From an archaeon (GTDB taxonomy: Archaea; EX4484-52; WAPT01), in assembly GCA_029258795.1 (NCBI GenBank), contig JAPDKB010000016.1, positions 1-59,826 on the forward strand: 59,826 bases of DNA. The letters run 5' to 3'. The number at the start of each line of letters is the position of its first letter. Positions within the stretch are counted from its first letter, which is position 1. The position numbers were made by a program, and so were the translations under genes. Below the pieces are notes generated by a model that was given only the letters and a program-made list of their open reading frames with translations, had not been told where the DNA came from and searched no databases. Of the stretch, positions 9,390 to 19,547 are shown one piece after another.

Positions 9390-10097
9390 TTACTCCACTT
9401 CCTTTGTTTCAACTATGAGAAAATCCGCGTAGCTCGGCAGCGTTATAACTAGCTCTAACTCCGTGCCATTAACAACCAGATGTGCCACAGCTCTTCCTCT
9501 CGGCAACCCCCTCCCATACATCTCAGCATAAACATAACCCGTGCCATTTTCATAAACATCGTTTATCCTCATTCTAACCGTGCCATCAAAAAACGTGTTC
9601 TCCTTTACCAGGTACACACCCTGAATAATCTGGCTGAGATTTATCTCCTGCCAGTTGGTTTTAGTGCCGACCTTCGAGATGTTTACTTCAAGATACGAGT
9701 TCCTCATCGTTATAACATTACCGTTATCAATAACATCAACATCATCACCCTCAGCTATTATTAAATCCCCTTCTCTTATCATGGTGCTTCTCGCGACTAT
9801 GGGTGCTTCCGTCTTCATTCTGAACTCTATCGTGTTGGACTCGTTGTCTACAATGAGAACTCCTCTCCTAACATTCACACTTACCAATCTTGTGGAGCCC
9901 CTACCTTCGGCAACAACTTCTTTTAGAGCGGAGTTTAAGTTGCTCATCATCTGCTTTGCATTTTCAAACGCTGCTTTGTCACGCAACTTTTGAAAGAATG
10001 GTGTTGCCATCGTGAGAACTAGCGCTATAACGAATACTGCGATAGCCACATAAAGCGTGCTTGCAAGCAAAGGAGATACCGCCTTTCTTTTGCCCAT
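9390..10097 (-). CDS. Archaeal type IV prepilin-like protein
   Basis: Class III signal peptide MGKRKA|VSPLLASTLYVAIAVFVIALVL. Confidence 0.75.
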   Translation of the reverse strand: MGKRKAVSPLLASTLYVAIAVFVIALVLTMATPFFQKLRDKAAFENAKQMMSNLNSALKEVVAEGRGSTRLVSVNVRRGVLIVDNESNTIEFRMKTEAPIVARSTMIREGDLIIAEGDDVDVIDNGNVITMRNSYLEVNISKVGTKTNWQEINLSQIIQGVYLVKENTFFDGTVRMRINDVYENGTGYVYAEMYGRGLPRGRAVAHLVVNGTELELVITLPSYADFLIVETKEVE

Positions 10098-10131
10098 TAA
10101 TGTATTTTCTTGTGAGCAACTATATATATGT

Positions 10132-10716
10132 TCAGCAGGTTTCGAGGTTCGATGTTCTTATAATCATCACGTTCCCTTCCTCATCCTCCACCACTGCTAT
10201 CGCTGCCGAGCTGAAGCCGGAGGGGGCTGAAGTCCTGAAGCAAAAATCATTTTCACCAGCATAAATTCTCAGAGTGATTTGATCTAACTCCTGTGCGCTG
10301 CTGACTGTAATGTTGCGCATGCTGAGAGGAGCAACCAGCACGGGAGGATAGCTGTTCGTTTCAGTAATTAATTTGAAAGTTGCATAATTATTTGCACCGT
10401 TGAAAAAATGCGCCACCCCCTGAAAATCCTGCTTCTCAACAACGATGATGAATGTTGATTCTCTCATCCCCCGCTCAATGAAGTAGGAGTGGAGTTCAGC
10501 ATGCATCGAGATTGATTTTTTGAGCAGGTCACTCTTATTTTCACAAGTTAGGAGAGACGAAGCTGCTGCATCCATGTAAGCTCCCATCACCTCCTTGAAG
10601 GGCTTGCTCATCATTTTTTGATATGGTGCTGAACTTATCCTAGGAATGGAGAGAATCGATGCTACACTCAATATTATGAGCATAGCTCCAACCAACAGCC
10701 ATTGTCCTTTTCTCAT
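10132..10716 (-). CDS. Prepilin-like protein (KG|Q class III signal)
   Basis: MRKG|QWLLVGAMLIILSVASIL; ATGA overlap with the upstream gene. Confidence 0.7.
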   Translation of the reverse strand: MRKGQWLLVGAMLIILSVASILSIPRISSAPYQKMMSKPFKEVMGAYMDAAASSLLTCENKSDLLKKSISMHAELHSYFIERGMRESTFIIVVEKQDFQGVAHFFNGANNYATFKLITETNSYPPVLVAPLSMRNITVSSAQELDQITLRIYAGENDFCFRTSAPSGFSSAAIAVVEDEEGNVMIIRTSNLETC

Positions 10717-11336
10717 GAAACCACCAATTCCATTTCACCCATAACATTAGGATTAACCTCGTACGGCACAAATATCCTTACCACATTTTCTTCTTTGGTG
10801 AGGACTTCGTGATACGCTTCGCTGGCATACTCTCTTTCTGTTCTGAGTATGGCCCATGTAGGATTGTCACACGTAACTTTAATGGATGCAAGCCCGCTTG
10901 TCTCGTTTGAAAGATCCACCACAGCAATATCGGAAAAAGTGAATGAAATGGTGGAACTTGCGCTCACCTCACATGTTGTACTGGAAGGGTTCAGGAGAAT
11001 CAAGATTATCTTGTCGTGGTTTTCCATTATGTCCAGTGTTGCCGTTGTGTTAGCAAGCTCCACACCCTCCTTCACATAAGTCACTCTTATGCCTGTTTTG
11101 AGGGGTGCCAGATTGTCGTTCATCCAGTTAGATACGGCATCGATATCTCCCTCCAAAAAATGGGCATCCATCACACCGGACCTAAACAGAGTTGTCAGGG
11201 CTGTGCTCGCCCTTTCGAATTTTATCATGTTCTCATCACTGGGAGCGATAGGTGTGGCTGTGAAAATCCATGTTATAAAACCCACCATCATAACAAAAGC
11301 AATTGCGCTTTCAACGATGTTGACATACGCTTTCAT
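10713..11336 (-). CDS. Prepilin-like protein
   Basis: MKA|YVNIVESAIAFVMMVGFITWIF: short basic leader, Glu near +5/+6, hydrophobic helix. Confidence 0.6.
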   Translation of the reverse strand: MKAYVNIVESAIAFVMMVGFITWIFTATPIAPSDENMIKFERASTALTTLFRSGVMDAHFLEGDIDAVSNWMNDNLAPLKTGIRVTYVKEGVELANTTATLDIMENHDKIILILLNPSSTTCEVSASSTISFTFSDIAVVDLSNETSGLASIKVTCDNPTWAILRTEREYASEAYHEVLTKEENVVRIFVPYEVNPNVMGEMELVVS

Positions 11337-11342
11337 GACGAA

Positions 11343-12551
11343 TCACTTCCACAAGCTCAGTGTGCATGTTGTAACTTTCATACTTCCGTTCTTGTAAAGT
11401 AAAGTAATTGGAAATCTTCTTACCCACACGTTGGTGTGGCGTGGAATGCTCCTCCCAAATGAGTAGTTCGCTACAGTAATGTTGAAATGATACCCTGTAA
11501 TGCCCAAATTCTGGGTTAATTGTTCGTAGCTCATCTCGCTCAACATCTCGAGTTCTTCTACCGGCACAACAGTTAGGTGAATCGGTGCGTTCATTTTCAG
11601 TTCGTTGAGAGTGAAAAGTTCTTTCTCGCAGATAGCGCATGTGTAATCAGTAGGACATAGGAAAATCTCTAATTTTTTGATGTCTTGGAACGATACTTTA
11701 ATCTGAGTTGGAGAAACACGCATCGACACCTTCATGTTTTTTCCTATGAATGATACAGCCACACCACCGCCGTACAGCGATAGAATATCCGTGGTAAGTT
11801 CTGCATTCAGTCCGTTTGAAAGAGTATGGGTGGTGGTGCCATCAAAATATTCTGTAAATATATTCCTGAGTGTGAAAGTATAGTTGTTGGGGGTTGTGGA
11901 TTTGATCCATAATCTGGGTGAGTATGCATCCAATTCAATGCTCACGTTTCCAAAATCCACGTAACCATAACCACACCTATCTTCTTCTTTTTCTATCGAT
12001 GTTGTGGGTAAGGATGTGGGAACTGCTAGCAGTTCCTCACCATTGTAAACAATGGAGTTTATGGATGTTGGTGTGTACTGCACGACCACTTTGCTGTTTT
12101 CCAGCGTGCCGGAATGAACATCAATATCTGAGACGCATGTGTAATTGGAAATGCGGTTGGAAATTATGCACACAAGCGGAATTGTTGTGTTCATGGAAAC
12201 TTCCAGCCGGGAAATTGAAGAACGATAATAAGCTGGGACAAGTTGAGCGTTCTGGAAGCATACAATCGTGCTATCATTTTTGACATCAAAATACGTTCGA
12301 TAATAGGAGGCATTACACAAACTTCCACGAAATTGGAATGACGACACATCATTTCCAAGACCAGAAATGGTGTTCATCATCATCAATGAAACCTTATCTG
12401 GGCTAATCGTGGTGGAATAAGTTTCCAAGAAGTGTGTTTCGCTCAGCTTTATAGTTAGAATCACGCTGCTCATGAATATTATAAAAGCGACAGCCCATTC
12501 CAAGTGTGTGGATGCCGTTCTATATTTTTTACTCTTTCCAAATGACCTCAC
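11343..12551 (-). CDS. Large prepilin-like/adhesin protein
   Basis: Basic leader ...KKYRTA|STHLEWAVAFIIFM with Glu at +5; beta-rich, Ser/Thr/Asn-rich body. Confidence 0.6.
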   Translation of the reverse strand: MRSFGKSKKYRTASTHLEWAVAFIIFMSSVILTIKLSETHFLETYSTTISPDKVSLMMMNTISGLGNDVSSFQFRGSLCNASYYRTYFDVKNDSTIVCFQNAQLVPAYYRSSISRLEVSMNTTIPLVCIISNRISNYTCVSDIDVHSGTLENSKVVVQYTPTSINSIVYNGEELLAVPTSLPTTSIEKEEDRCGYGYVDFGNVSIELDAYSPRLWIKSTTPNNYTFTLRNIFTEYFDGTTTHTLSNGLNAELTTDILSLYGGGVAVSFIGKNMKVSMRVSPTQIKVSFQDIKKLEIFLCPTDYTCAICEKELFTLNELKMNAPIHLTVVPVEELEMLSEMSYEQLTQNLGITGYHFNITVANYSFGRSIPRHTNVWVRRFPITLLYKNGSMKVTTCTLSLWK

Positions 12552-13066
12552 AGAAGATCTACCTCCACCTTACTAACTCCATCAACAACTCCTTCGTTTC
12601 TGAAAAGTATCGTGCTTGTGCCATAAGCCACATACCATTTTTTGGTGAAAGAACAGTCATCACACCCCACCAATATTCGGATTATTTTCTCTTCCTCAAC
12701 TGAATACCCCACAGTTACTCGTCCGTAATCTTCATAAGTCCCAGAAAAAATCAAACCCGCACGCTCGATTATTTCAGCGTCCCTTTTCGTGAAAAACACG
12801 TATGTTTTTGATGGAATGGTGGCTGCTGTGGTTATCATATCGCTTTTATTGAGCCATACCGTTCCATAATTGTTAAAGCTGAGCATCCCCACAGTATAGC
12901 TATTCGTTCTTCCGAAAACCAGGGGAATGTGCTGGTCCGCATAACTTTCCGTGTATGCATCACCAATTTCGATGGTAAGAGTCATGGCAAAAACACTATG
13001 CTGTATTAAGATAAGTGTGATTAGTACCCATACCATTAATATAAAAAAATTCAATGATTTGGCCAT
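12548..13066 (-). CDS. Secreted/membrane hypothetical protein, first gene of the pilin-like operon
   Basis: Start reassigned to ATG 13066 (MAKSLNFFILMVWVLITLILIQHSVFA signal-like); ATGA overlap with the next gene. Confidence 0.6.
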   Translation of the reverse strand: MAKSLNFFILMVWVLITLILIQHSVFAMTLTIEIGDAYTESYADQHIPLVFGRTNSYTVGMLSFNNYGTVWLNKSDMITTAATIPSKTYVFFTKRDAEIIERAGLIFSGTYEDYGRVTVGYSVEEEKIIRILVGCDDCSFTKKWYVAYGTSTILFRNEGVVDGVSKVEVDLL

Positions 13067-13127
13067 GAATTTAAAACGGTTATTGAACAATAAAAAAATG
13101 TCTTTTTGGATGGAAAGGGTGAGTGTT

Positions 13128-14465
13128 ATGAGTGAGAGCGATTCATCCAACACAATTCTGCTCAAGGATTGTTCGTTTGTGGTTACCCAGAATCCGAATA
13201 GAGATGTTCTGAAAGATGTCTCCATTTTGATTGAGGGTGGGAAAATAACAAAGATCTTCAGAACATCCACACCCACCCAGAACGTGGAAAGAGTGGTGGA
13301 TTGCAGAGGCAAAATAGTGATGCCCGCGCTTATAAACGCTCACACCCATGCTGCCATGACACTGCTGCGCGGATATAATGATGATGCGGAGCTTCATTCC
13401 TGGCTGCAGTCGGTGTGGAAGGTTGAAGCGAAGCTAACAGGAAAGGATGTCGAAATAGGTACTCTTCTCGCATGTCTTGAGATGTTAAAGACCGGCACAT
13501 GCTGCTTTGTGGACATGTATTTCTTTATGGATTGTGCTGCAAGGGCTGTTGAAAAATCCGGCATGAAAGCTTTGCTCGGTCATGGAATGCTGGATTTCGG
13601 TGATGAGAGTAAGAGAGAGGAGGAGCTTAAGGAGACGAAGAGGTTCATTAAGTTTGTGGAGGAGCTCGGAAATCCAAGGATACGGGCTGTGGTTGCGCCT
13701 CATGCCATTTACACCTGCTCTCCAGAACTGCTGGTTGAAGCTAAAAAGGTCAGCGAAAAACGCGGTTTGCTTTACACAATCCATCTTTCCGAAACGAGAA
13801 AAGAAGTGCATGATTGTTACAGAGAACGTGGAAAGTATCCTGTGGAATATCTGGATGAGCTGGGAGTGATTGATGATAGGTTTGTCGGATTTCATGCCGC
13901 GTGGATGACGAGGAAGGAGATAAGCTTGCTGGCATCAAGAAAAGCCACGGTGGTGAACTGCCCTGCCTCAAACATGAAGCTCGCTACGGGTGGAGCTTTT
14001 CCCTTCAGGGAATATACTGACGCTGGAGTTAACTGCTGCTTAGGTACGGATGGCGCCTGTTCAAACAACTCCCTCAACATGCTTGAGGAAATTAAGTTCG
14101 CTGCTCTCCTTCAAAAATGGTTCAGGTGGAACGCTCAGGAGATGGTGGCTCAGCAAGCTCTGGACATGGCCACCATCAACGCTGCTGAAGCGTTCAAGCT
14201 GAACAACGGAAGCGTAGAGGTTGGCAAAGTTGCTGATGTTGTTGTTCTTGATGCCTCGTCCTGCTTCCTTCTGCCTCATCACAGCATAGTTTCCAATATT
14301 GTTTATGCGTCATCACATCTTGCGGTGGAGCATGTGATTATTGATGGTGTGGTTGTGATTGAAAACGGCAGACATGCGTGGTTGGATGAGGAAAAAATCA
14401 AGGATGATTTTCTTAAAACCGCTGAGCGTCTCGTCAGTGAGGTGAAAGAAGAGGGTGAGGAATGA
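13128..14465 (+). CDS. Amidohydrolase, MTA/SAH (5'-deoxyadenosine) deaminase family
   Basis: MPALINAHTH, APHAIYTC, IHLSET, NCPASNMKLA, LGTDGACSNN; start at ATG 13128 after GGGTGAG RBS. Confidence 0.9.
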   Translation: MSESDSSNTILLKDCSFVVTQNPNRDVLKDVSILIEGGKITKIFRTSTPTQNVERVVDCRGKIVMPALINAHTHAAMTLLRGYNDDAELHSWLQSVWKVEAKLTGKDVEIGTLLACLEMLKTGTCCFVDMYFFMDCAARAVEKSGMKALLGHGMLDFGDESKREEELKETKRFIKFVEELGNPRIRAVVAPHAIYTCSPELLVEAKKVSEKRGLLYTIHLSETRKEVHDCYRERGKYPVEYLDELGVIDDRFVGFHAAWMTRKEISLLASRKATVVNCPASNMKLATGGAFPFREYTDAGVNCCLGTDGACSNNSLNMLEEIKFAALLQKWFRWNAQEMVAQQALDMATINAAEAFKLNNGSVEVGKVADVVVLDASSCFLLPHHSIVSNIVYASSHLAVEHVIIDGVVVIENGRHAWLDEEKIKDDFLKTAERLVSEVKEEGEE

Positions 14466-15137
14466 ATGAGGTGTATTGCCCTTCTCTCTGGCGGGAAGGA
14501 TAGCTGGTATGCGCTTTATCTCGCACACCTTAACTCCTTCGAAATCATGAGAGCTGTGAGCTTTATTCCGGGAAGGGATGATAGCTACATGCTCCACCAT
14601 CCTGCTGTCGAATGGATTGGAAAGCAATGTGAACTTGCAGAAATACCTCATTCCGCGTTCCATGTAAGCGGAGAGAAAGAGGTGGAAGTGGAGGAGATGA
14701 AAAACAAGCTGAAGGATGTTGTGAACACTACTAATGCGGAATGTCTGGTGTGCGGGGCGGTGTGGAGCGATTATCAGAAGAGCAGAATTGATTTTATAGC
14801 GGAGGAGCTGGGGGTGATGAGCTATGCTCCTCTCTGGAGAAAGGATGAGGAGATGTTGCTGAGAGAGATGGTTGAAGAGGCGGGATTCTCCTTTATAGTA
14901 ACACAGGTTGCTGCTTACGGACTTGACGAGTGGGCAGGTAAGATTATTACCGCAGAAAATCTGGAGAGTTTCATTGAAGATCTGCAAAAAGCTAGAAGCA
15001 ATGTGATGGGAGAGGGTGGAGAATACGAGAGCTTTGTGACATACATGCCTCTCTTCAAAAGAGAAATTAGGGTTGAATCTTTCGATTTGATGAAGCAGAA
15101 GGGTACAGCGGAAATCGTCATTCACTCTCTTCACTAA
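14466..15137 (+). CDS. dph6: Diphthine--ammonia ligase
   Basis: PP-loop LSGGKDS, DSYMLH, SDYQKSRI, PLW, GEGGEYES. Confidence 0.9.
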   Translation: MRCIALLSGGKDSWYALYLAHLNSFEIMRAVSFIPGRDDSYMLHHPAVEWIGKQCELAEIPHSAFHVSGEKEVEVEEMKNKLKDVVNTTNAECLVCGAVWSDYQKSRIDFIAEELGVMSYAPLWRKDEEMLLREMVEEAGFSFIVTQVAAYGLDEWAGKIITAENLESFIEDLQKARSNVMGEGGEYESFVTYMPLFKREIRVESFDLMKQKGTAEIVIHSLH

Positions 15138-15585
15138 GAGTTAGCATGGCATCGTAGATTGCCTGTTTTATGTGGTAAGCTCCCAGCATCTTCTGCTGAT
15201 CGTCTCCTTCCTCGATCAAGCTTCTCCCACCTCTCAGCTCCGCGAGCATGTGAGCATAGCGGGTAGGAATGACACCCTTGAGGCTCATTTTCATCATCAT
15301 GTTTCTGTAGCGCTCACGGCCCTCACTCTCATTCATATAACTCTCCATAATATGTCGCAGGTTTTCATACCCTTTAGAACAAACAAGTGCAGCGTGAATT
15401 ACGCATGCTTCAGCTTTTTGAGCAAGTTCCTCTAGCTTCTCGTAATCTGTTTCTGGTTCGGATACCAAACTTACAGTTGATGTGTAAATCTCTCTCAACG
15501 TACGATAACATGGCTTCAAAGATCGCAATTTAATCTTCCAAAAGATGTCGTTGATGTTATTCCCTTCCATATCCGTCACCATCAT
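15118..15585 (-). CDS. Hypothetical protein
   Basis: 155-aa helical ORF filling the gap between dph6 and tbp; no recognisable motif. Confidence 0.55.
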   Translation of the reverse strand: MMVTDMEGNNINDIFWKIKLRSLKPCYRTLREIYTSTVSLVSEPETDYEKLEELAQKAEACVIHAALVCSKGYENLRHIMESYMNESEGRERYRNMMMKMSLKGVIPTRYAHMLAELRGGRSLIEEGDDQQKMLGAYHIKQAIYDAMLTLSEESE

Positions 15586-15721
15586 GCCATGTTTTTACTC
15601 CTAAAGATTGATAAATTTTTGTTGAAACCTCGCTCCCTTGCGTTTCAGGCACCTTCATTTAAAAATAAAAATCTTTCCTTCGCATAATACTCCAAAGATA
15701 TCAAGATAAAGAGGTGTTGAT

Positions 15722-16267
15722 ATGACTAACGGCTCTGTCTCCATACACAATGTTGTTGCGTCCTGCCACACTGATTCTAAAATCCCGCTCGCTAAGATAG
15801 CTATGGAGGTTGAAGGGATAGAGTACGAACCAGAACAGTTTCCAGGGCTTGTTTTGAGATTGAATGAGCCGAGGGCTGCAGCACTCATCTTCAGCTCTGG
15901 TAAGATAGTATGTACAGGCACGAAATCTCCCGATGAAGCAAAAAGGGCTGTCAATAACCTCATCGAACTGATGAGGAGTATAGGGATACAGATAAACGAG
16001 GTTAAATCGATCGATATTCAGAACATCGTGGCATCAGCATATCTCGGAAGAGAGGTTAACCTAAACAAGATAGCTTACGAGCTTGATGACTGCGAGTATG
16101 AGCCGGAGCAGTTTCCGGGTCTGGTGCACAGAATGGAGGAGGAAGACGTTGTCTTCCTGATATTCACGTCTGGAAAAATCATATGCACTGGTGGAAAGAG
16201 CGTTGAGCAGATAGAGAGAAGCATCGAGAAACTGAAGCAAAAGCTCAAGGCCATAGGCGCGCTTTAA
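15722..16267 (+). CDS. tbp: TATA-box binding protein
   Basis: Two repeats of NVVAS/NIVAS ... EYEPEQFPGLV ... LIFSSGKIVCTG. Confidence 0.98.
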   Translation: MTNGSVSIHNVVASCHTDSKIPLAKIAMEVEGIEYEPEQFPGLVLRLNEPRAAALIFSSGKIVCTGTKSPDEAKRAVNNLIELMRSIGIQINEVKSIDIQNIVASAYLGREVNLNKIAYELDDCEYEPEQFPGLVHRMEEEDVVFLIFTSGKIICTGGKSVEQIERSIEKLKQKLKAIGAL

Positions 16268-16350
16268 TTATTTTTTTACAGAAGGAAGTGGCGACATTTA
16301 CCTTGGTCTCACTCCAAACAAATTAAAATGTTGGAGACATACCACTCCAT

Positions 16351-18360
16351 ATGGAATATGACGAATTAGTTCAGCGGCTGGAGCTCTTTTTTTCAGAAGT
16401 TGCCTATAAGGAAGTGCTGGAGGCAGTACAGAAAAAGACAAGCATAGTTGTTGATTTTCAGAAGTTGGAGCTTTTTGACCCTGAAATGGCCGATTTTTTG
16501 GTTGAAAATCCTGATGATTTCTTTAAGGCTGCTGAAGAAGCCCTGCTCTCCATAGATGTGGGTGAAGAATGGGAAGGTAAGGTGAATGTAAGGTTCTCCA
16601 ATCTGCCTGAGGATTACATAATTCCTATCAAACACATAAGGAGCAAGCACATAGACAAATTTATTGGAATAGAAGGGGTTATAAAACTCGCTTCCGAAGT
16701 CCGTCCGGAAATAACGGCTGCAACCTTTGAGTGTGGATATTGTGGACAACGCATAACCATTTTGCAGGAGAAGCCATCCTTGAGAAAGCCATCAATGTGT
16801 GAATGTGGCAACAAGAAACATTTTGAGCTGGTGGATAGAAGGCTCGTGGATATACAGCATGTGGTGGTGGAGGAAATTCCGGAAAAGATTGAAGGAGCTC
16901 AACCTTCCAAGATTTCCGTGTTTCTTAGGGATGATCTCGTCGATCCGAAGTTTCAGAAGAGGGTGATGCCCGGAACGAAGGTCAGAATCTACGGAATACT
17001 GCGGGACAGGCCGCTGGGTATTGCTTCTGAAAAGGAAACGAAAAGGAGGGAGCTTTACATAGAGGTGAATTACATAGAGCCCATAGAGCTTGAGTTTGAG
17101 GAGATAGAAATAACGGAGGATGATGAGAAGGAGATAAAGAAGCTCGCCAAACGCCCGGATATTTATGATCTACTGATAAAGTCGATAGCTCCCTCCATTT
17201 ACGGTTATGAGGACATAAAAGAAGCTGTGGCACTTCAGCTCTTTGGAGGAGTGAGGAAGGAGAGACAGGATGGTACTGTTACAAGGGGAGACATCCACAT
17301 TCTGTTGGTTGGAGACCCCGGAGCGGGTAAGTCAGCTCTGCTTAAATATGTTGCTAAGCTCGCTCCAAAAGCCAGATATGTGGTGGGTAGGGGTGCCACC
17401 GCCTCCGGCTTAACCGCCACAGTGGTTAGAGATGAATTTTTGAAGGGATGGGCTCTAGAGGCTGGAGCGCTCGTGCTTGCGAACAAGGGTATAGCGGTTG
17501 TGGATGAGATTGACAAGATGTCCCCTGAAGACAGAGTGGCTATGCACGAAATCATGGAGCAGCAGACATGTACTGTTGCCAAAGCCAACGTGCAAGCCAC
17601 ATTGCAGGCACAAACAACCATACTGGCTGCTGCAAATCCTAAATTTGGAAGATTTGATGCTTATTCCTCCCTTCCCGAGCAGATAAACCTGCCAGAAACC
17701 CTGCTGTCCAGATTTGACCTCATCTTTGCAATAAGGGATGTCCCTGACCCAGATAGAGATAAGCAGCTGGTGAAGCATATATTAAGATTGCATGAAAATC
17801 CGGAAAGTGAGAAACCACCAATTGACCCGCTGCTCCTTCGTAAATACGTAGCTTATGCGAGAAACAACGTGTTTCCTAAGCTAACCAAAGCTGCTGAAAA
17901 ATACATAGAAGATTTCTATGTCGGGCTCAGAAGCAGGTACAGTGGGGAAAATAGCCCGGGAGTGCCCATCACCACAAGGCAGCTTGAAGCGATAATAAGG
18001 CTGGCTGAAGCTTCAGCACGAGTGAGGTTATCAGGTAGAGTGACGAAAAAGGATGCTGAAAGGGCTGTTAGAGTGATGAAAAATTATTTGATGAAGCTGG
18101 GTCTTGATCCGGAGACGGGACTGCTCGACATAGATAGGATAGAGTCGGGAATTTCGGCAAGTCAGCGCAACAAGATAAAACTCATGCTCGCTCTTATAGA
18201 AAGGTTACAGGATGAGAGTGATGAGAGGATGGTGAATGTCAATGATCTCATCGTTGCGGCAAAATCGAGCGGTATTGAGGATGCTGAAGAAATCATAGAT
18301 AAACTTAAGAGTAGTGGAGAAATCTTCGAACCACGTCCGGGATTTGTTAAGAGGGTGTGA
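16351..18360 (+). CDS. mcm: Replicative helicase MCM
   Basis: Zn finger CGYC...CEC, RGDIHILLVGDPGAGKS, VDEIDKM, AAANPKFGRF, LLSRFDL, C-terminal wHTH; no intein. Confidence 0.98.
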   Translation: MEYDELVQRLELFFSEVAYKEVLEAVQKKTSIVVDFQKLELFDPEMADFLVENPDDFFKAAEEALLSIDVGEEWEGKVNVRFSNLPEDYIIPIKHIRSKHIDKFIGIEGVIKLASEVRPEITAATFECGYCGQRITILQEKPSLRKPSMCECGNKKHFELVDRRLVDIQHVVVEEIPEKIEGAQPSKISVFLRDDLVDPKFQKRVMPGTKVRIYGILRDRPLGIASEKETKRRELYIEVNYIEPIELEFEEIEITEDDEKEIKKLAKRPDIYDLLIKSIAPSIYGYEDIKEAVALQLFGGVRKERQDGTVTRGDIHILLVGDPGAGKSALLKYVAKLAPKARYVVGRGATASGLTATVVRDEFLKGWALEAGALVLANKGIAVVDEIDKMSPEDRVAMHEIMEQQTCTVAKANVQATLQAQTTILAAANPKFGRFDAYSSLPEQINLPETLLSRFDLIFAIRDVPDPDRDKQLVKHILRLHENPESEKPPIDPLLLRKYVAYARNNVFPKLTKAAEKYIEDFYVGLRSRYSGENSPGVPITTRQLEAIIRLAEASARVRLSGRVTKKDAERAVRVMKNYLMKLGLDPETGLLDIDRIESGISASQRNKIKLMLALIERLQDESDERMVNVNDLIVAAKSSGIEDAEEIIDKLKSSGEIFEPRPGFVKRV

Positions 18361-19115
18361 TGCTCATGAAGAAGAGATGGCCAGCAGTAAGATGCAGGAT
18401 AAGGGATATTATCGCGGGACACTATGTGTCCTCAGGAGACCTCTCACCTTCATATGTGCTATTGCCTTACGGTATGAAAGCGTACAAAACCATGGTTTAT
18501 GGTGTGGTCACGCAAACCTATGTTAATGATGAGAAAACATATGGGTTTGTGGTTATTGAAGATGGTACCGGAAGGATAAGGGCGAAGTTCTTCCAGAAAA
18601 CCAAATTGGTGGATGAGATAAATAAAGGAGATTGTGTTGCGGTCATCGGCAGGGTTAGAGAGTATGCTGACGAGAGGTATATTGTGGTGGACGGTATCAG
18701 AAAAATGAGAAAAGTTGATGAGGAGCTTGTGTTTCGGATGGATGTAATGAAGAGCATACTAAACATCATTAAGAAAGTTCGAGAGATAGCTGATAAAATT
18801 AAAGGTAGCGAAACTCTTGAGGAGGTTATGAAGTTATGCTCTTCCTATCCAAAGGAGCTTGTTGAAGGCACCTATGAATTAAGAAGTCATCTTGAATCCA
18901 GTAAGATTGAAGAGGTGGAGGTGGAAGACAGGAGAGATGCTAGAGAAATCATATTAAATGTGATTAAAAATAATGATGAGGGAGATGGTGTTGACTACAC
19001 AACCATAGTTCAGCTTGCCGGCTTGCCCGAGAGTGTGGTGGAGAAAACTCTTGATGAGCTGCTTGAAGAAGGCACTTGCTACGAGCCAAAGCCGGGTAAG
19101 ATAAAGCTTGTGTGA
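18357..19115 (+). CDS. RPA32/Rpa2-like ssDNA-binding protein (OB fold + C-terminal winged helix)
   Basis: IEDGTGRIRAKFF, VAVIGRVREY, C-term LLEEGTCYEPKPG. Confidence 0.85.
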   Translation: MMLMKKRWPAVRCRIRDIIAGHYVSSGDLSPSYVLLPYGMKAYKTMVYGVVTQTYVNDEKTYGFVVIEDGTGRIRAKFFQKTKLVDEINKGDCVAVIGRVREYADERYIVVDGIRKMRKVDEELVFRMDVMKSILNIIKKVREIADKIKGSETLEEVMKLCSSYPKELVEGTYELRSHLESSKIEEVEVEDRRDAREIILNVIKNNDEGDGVDYTTIVQLAGLPESVVEKTLDELLEEGTCYEPKPGKIKLV

Positions 19116-19125
19116 GGTGAAGAAA

Positions 19126-19536
19126 ATGAAGATGAGTTATGAAGAGCTATTGAAAAGAGCGAGGAAACAGCTCCCAGAAAGTGTGCTAGTACGGGAGAGG
19201 TGGGAGATGCCCAAAATCACATCCTTCATAATAGGTAACAGAACGATAATCAAGAGATTTCTGGAGGTGTGCGATTATATAAGGCGGGATCCCAAACACC
19301 TTTTAAAGTACCTCGCAAAGGAACTGGGAACGCAGGGTGAGATAGAAGGGAGCGATGTTGTTTTCCAGGGTAAATTCAACAACGCGACTATAACCAAAAA
19401 GTTCGAAAGGTATGTAAAGGAGTATGTGCTCTGCAATGAATGTGGTAAGCCTGACACAAAGCTGATAAAAGAAGGTAGAATACTCCTACTCAAATGTGAG
19501 GCGTGCGGAGCCATTAGATCTGTGGAAAAAATATGA
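19126..19536 (+). CDS. eif2b: Translation initiation factor aIF-2 beta
   Basis: YEELLKRA, GNRTII, KELGT, YVLCNECGKPDT...CEACGA; ATG 19126 after GAGGTGA. Confidence 0.95.
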   Translation: MKMSYEELLKRARKQLPESVLVRERWEMPKITSFIIGNRTIIKRFLEVCDYIRRDPKHLLKYLAKELGTQGEIEGSDVVFQGKFNNATITKKFERYVKEYVLCNECGKPDTKLIKEGRILLLKCEACGAIRSVEKI

Positions 19537-19547
19537 AATGATGTGGT

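Noticed and set aside
12951-13312. Apparent 360-nt head-to-head overlap of the amidohydrolase and the first pilin-operon gene
   Set aside because: An artefact of longest-ORF starts; starts at 13128(+) and 13066(-) leave a normal divergent promoter gap
15722-16267. Internal direct repeat in tbp (GAGTA(C/T)GA(A/G)CC(A/G)GA(A/G)CAGTTTCC)
   Set aside because: Explained by the normal two-repeat structure of TBP
16351-18360. Inteins in MCM (also checked top6B, leuS and KaiC)
   Set aside because: Proteins have normal lengths with contiguous motifs and no C...HN splice junctions
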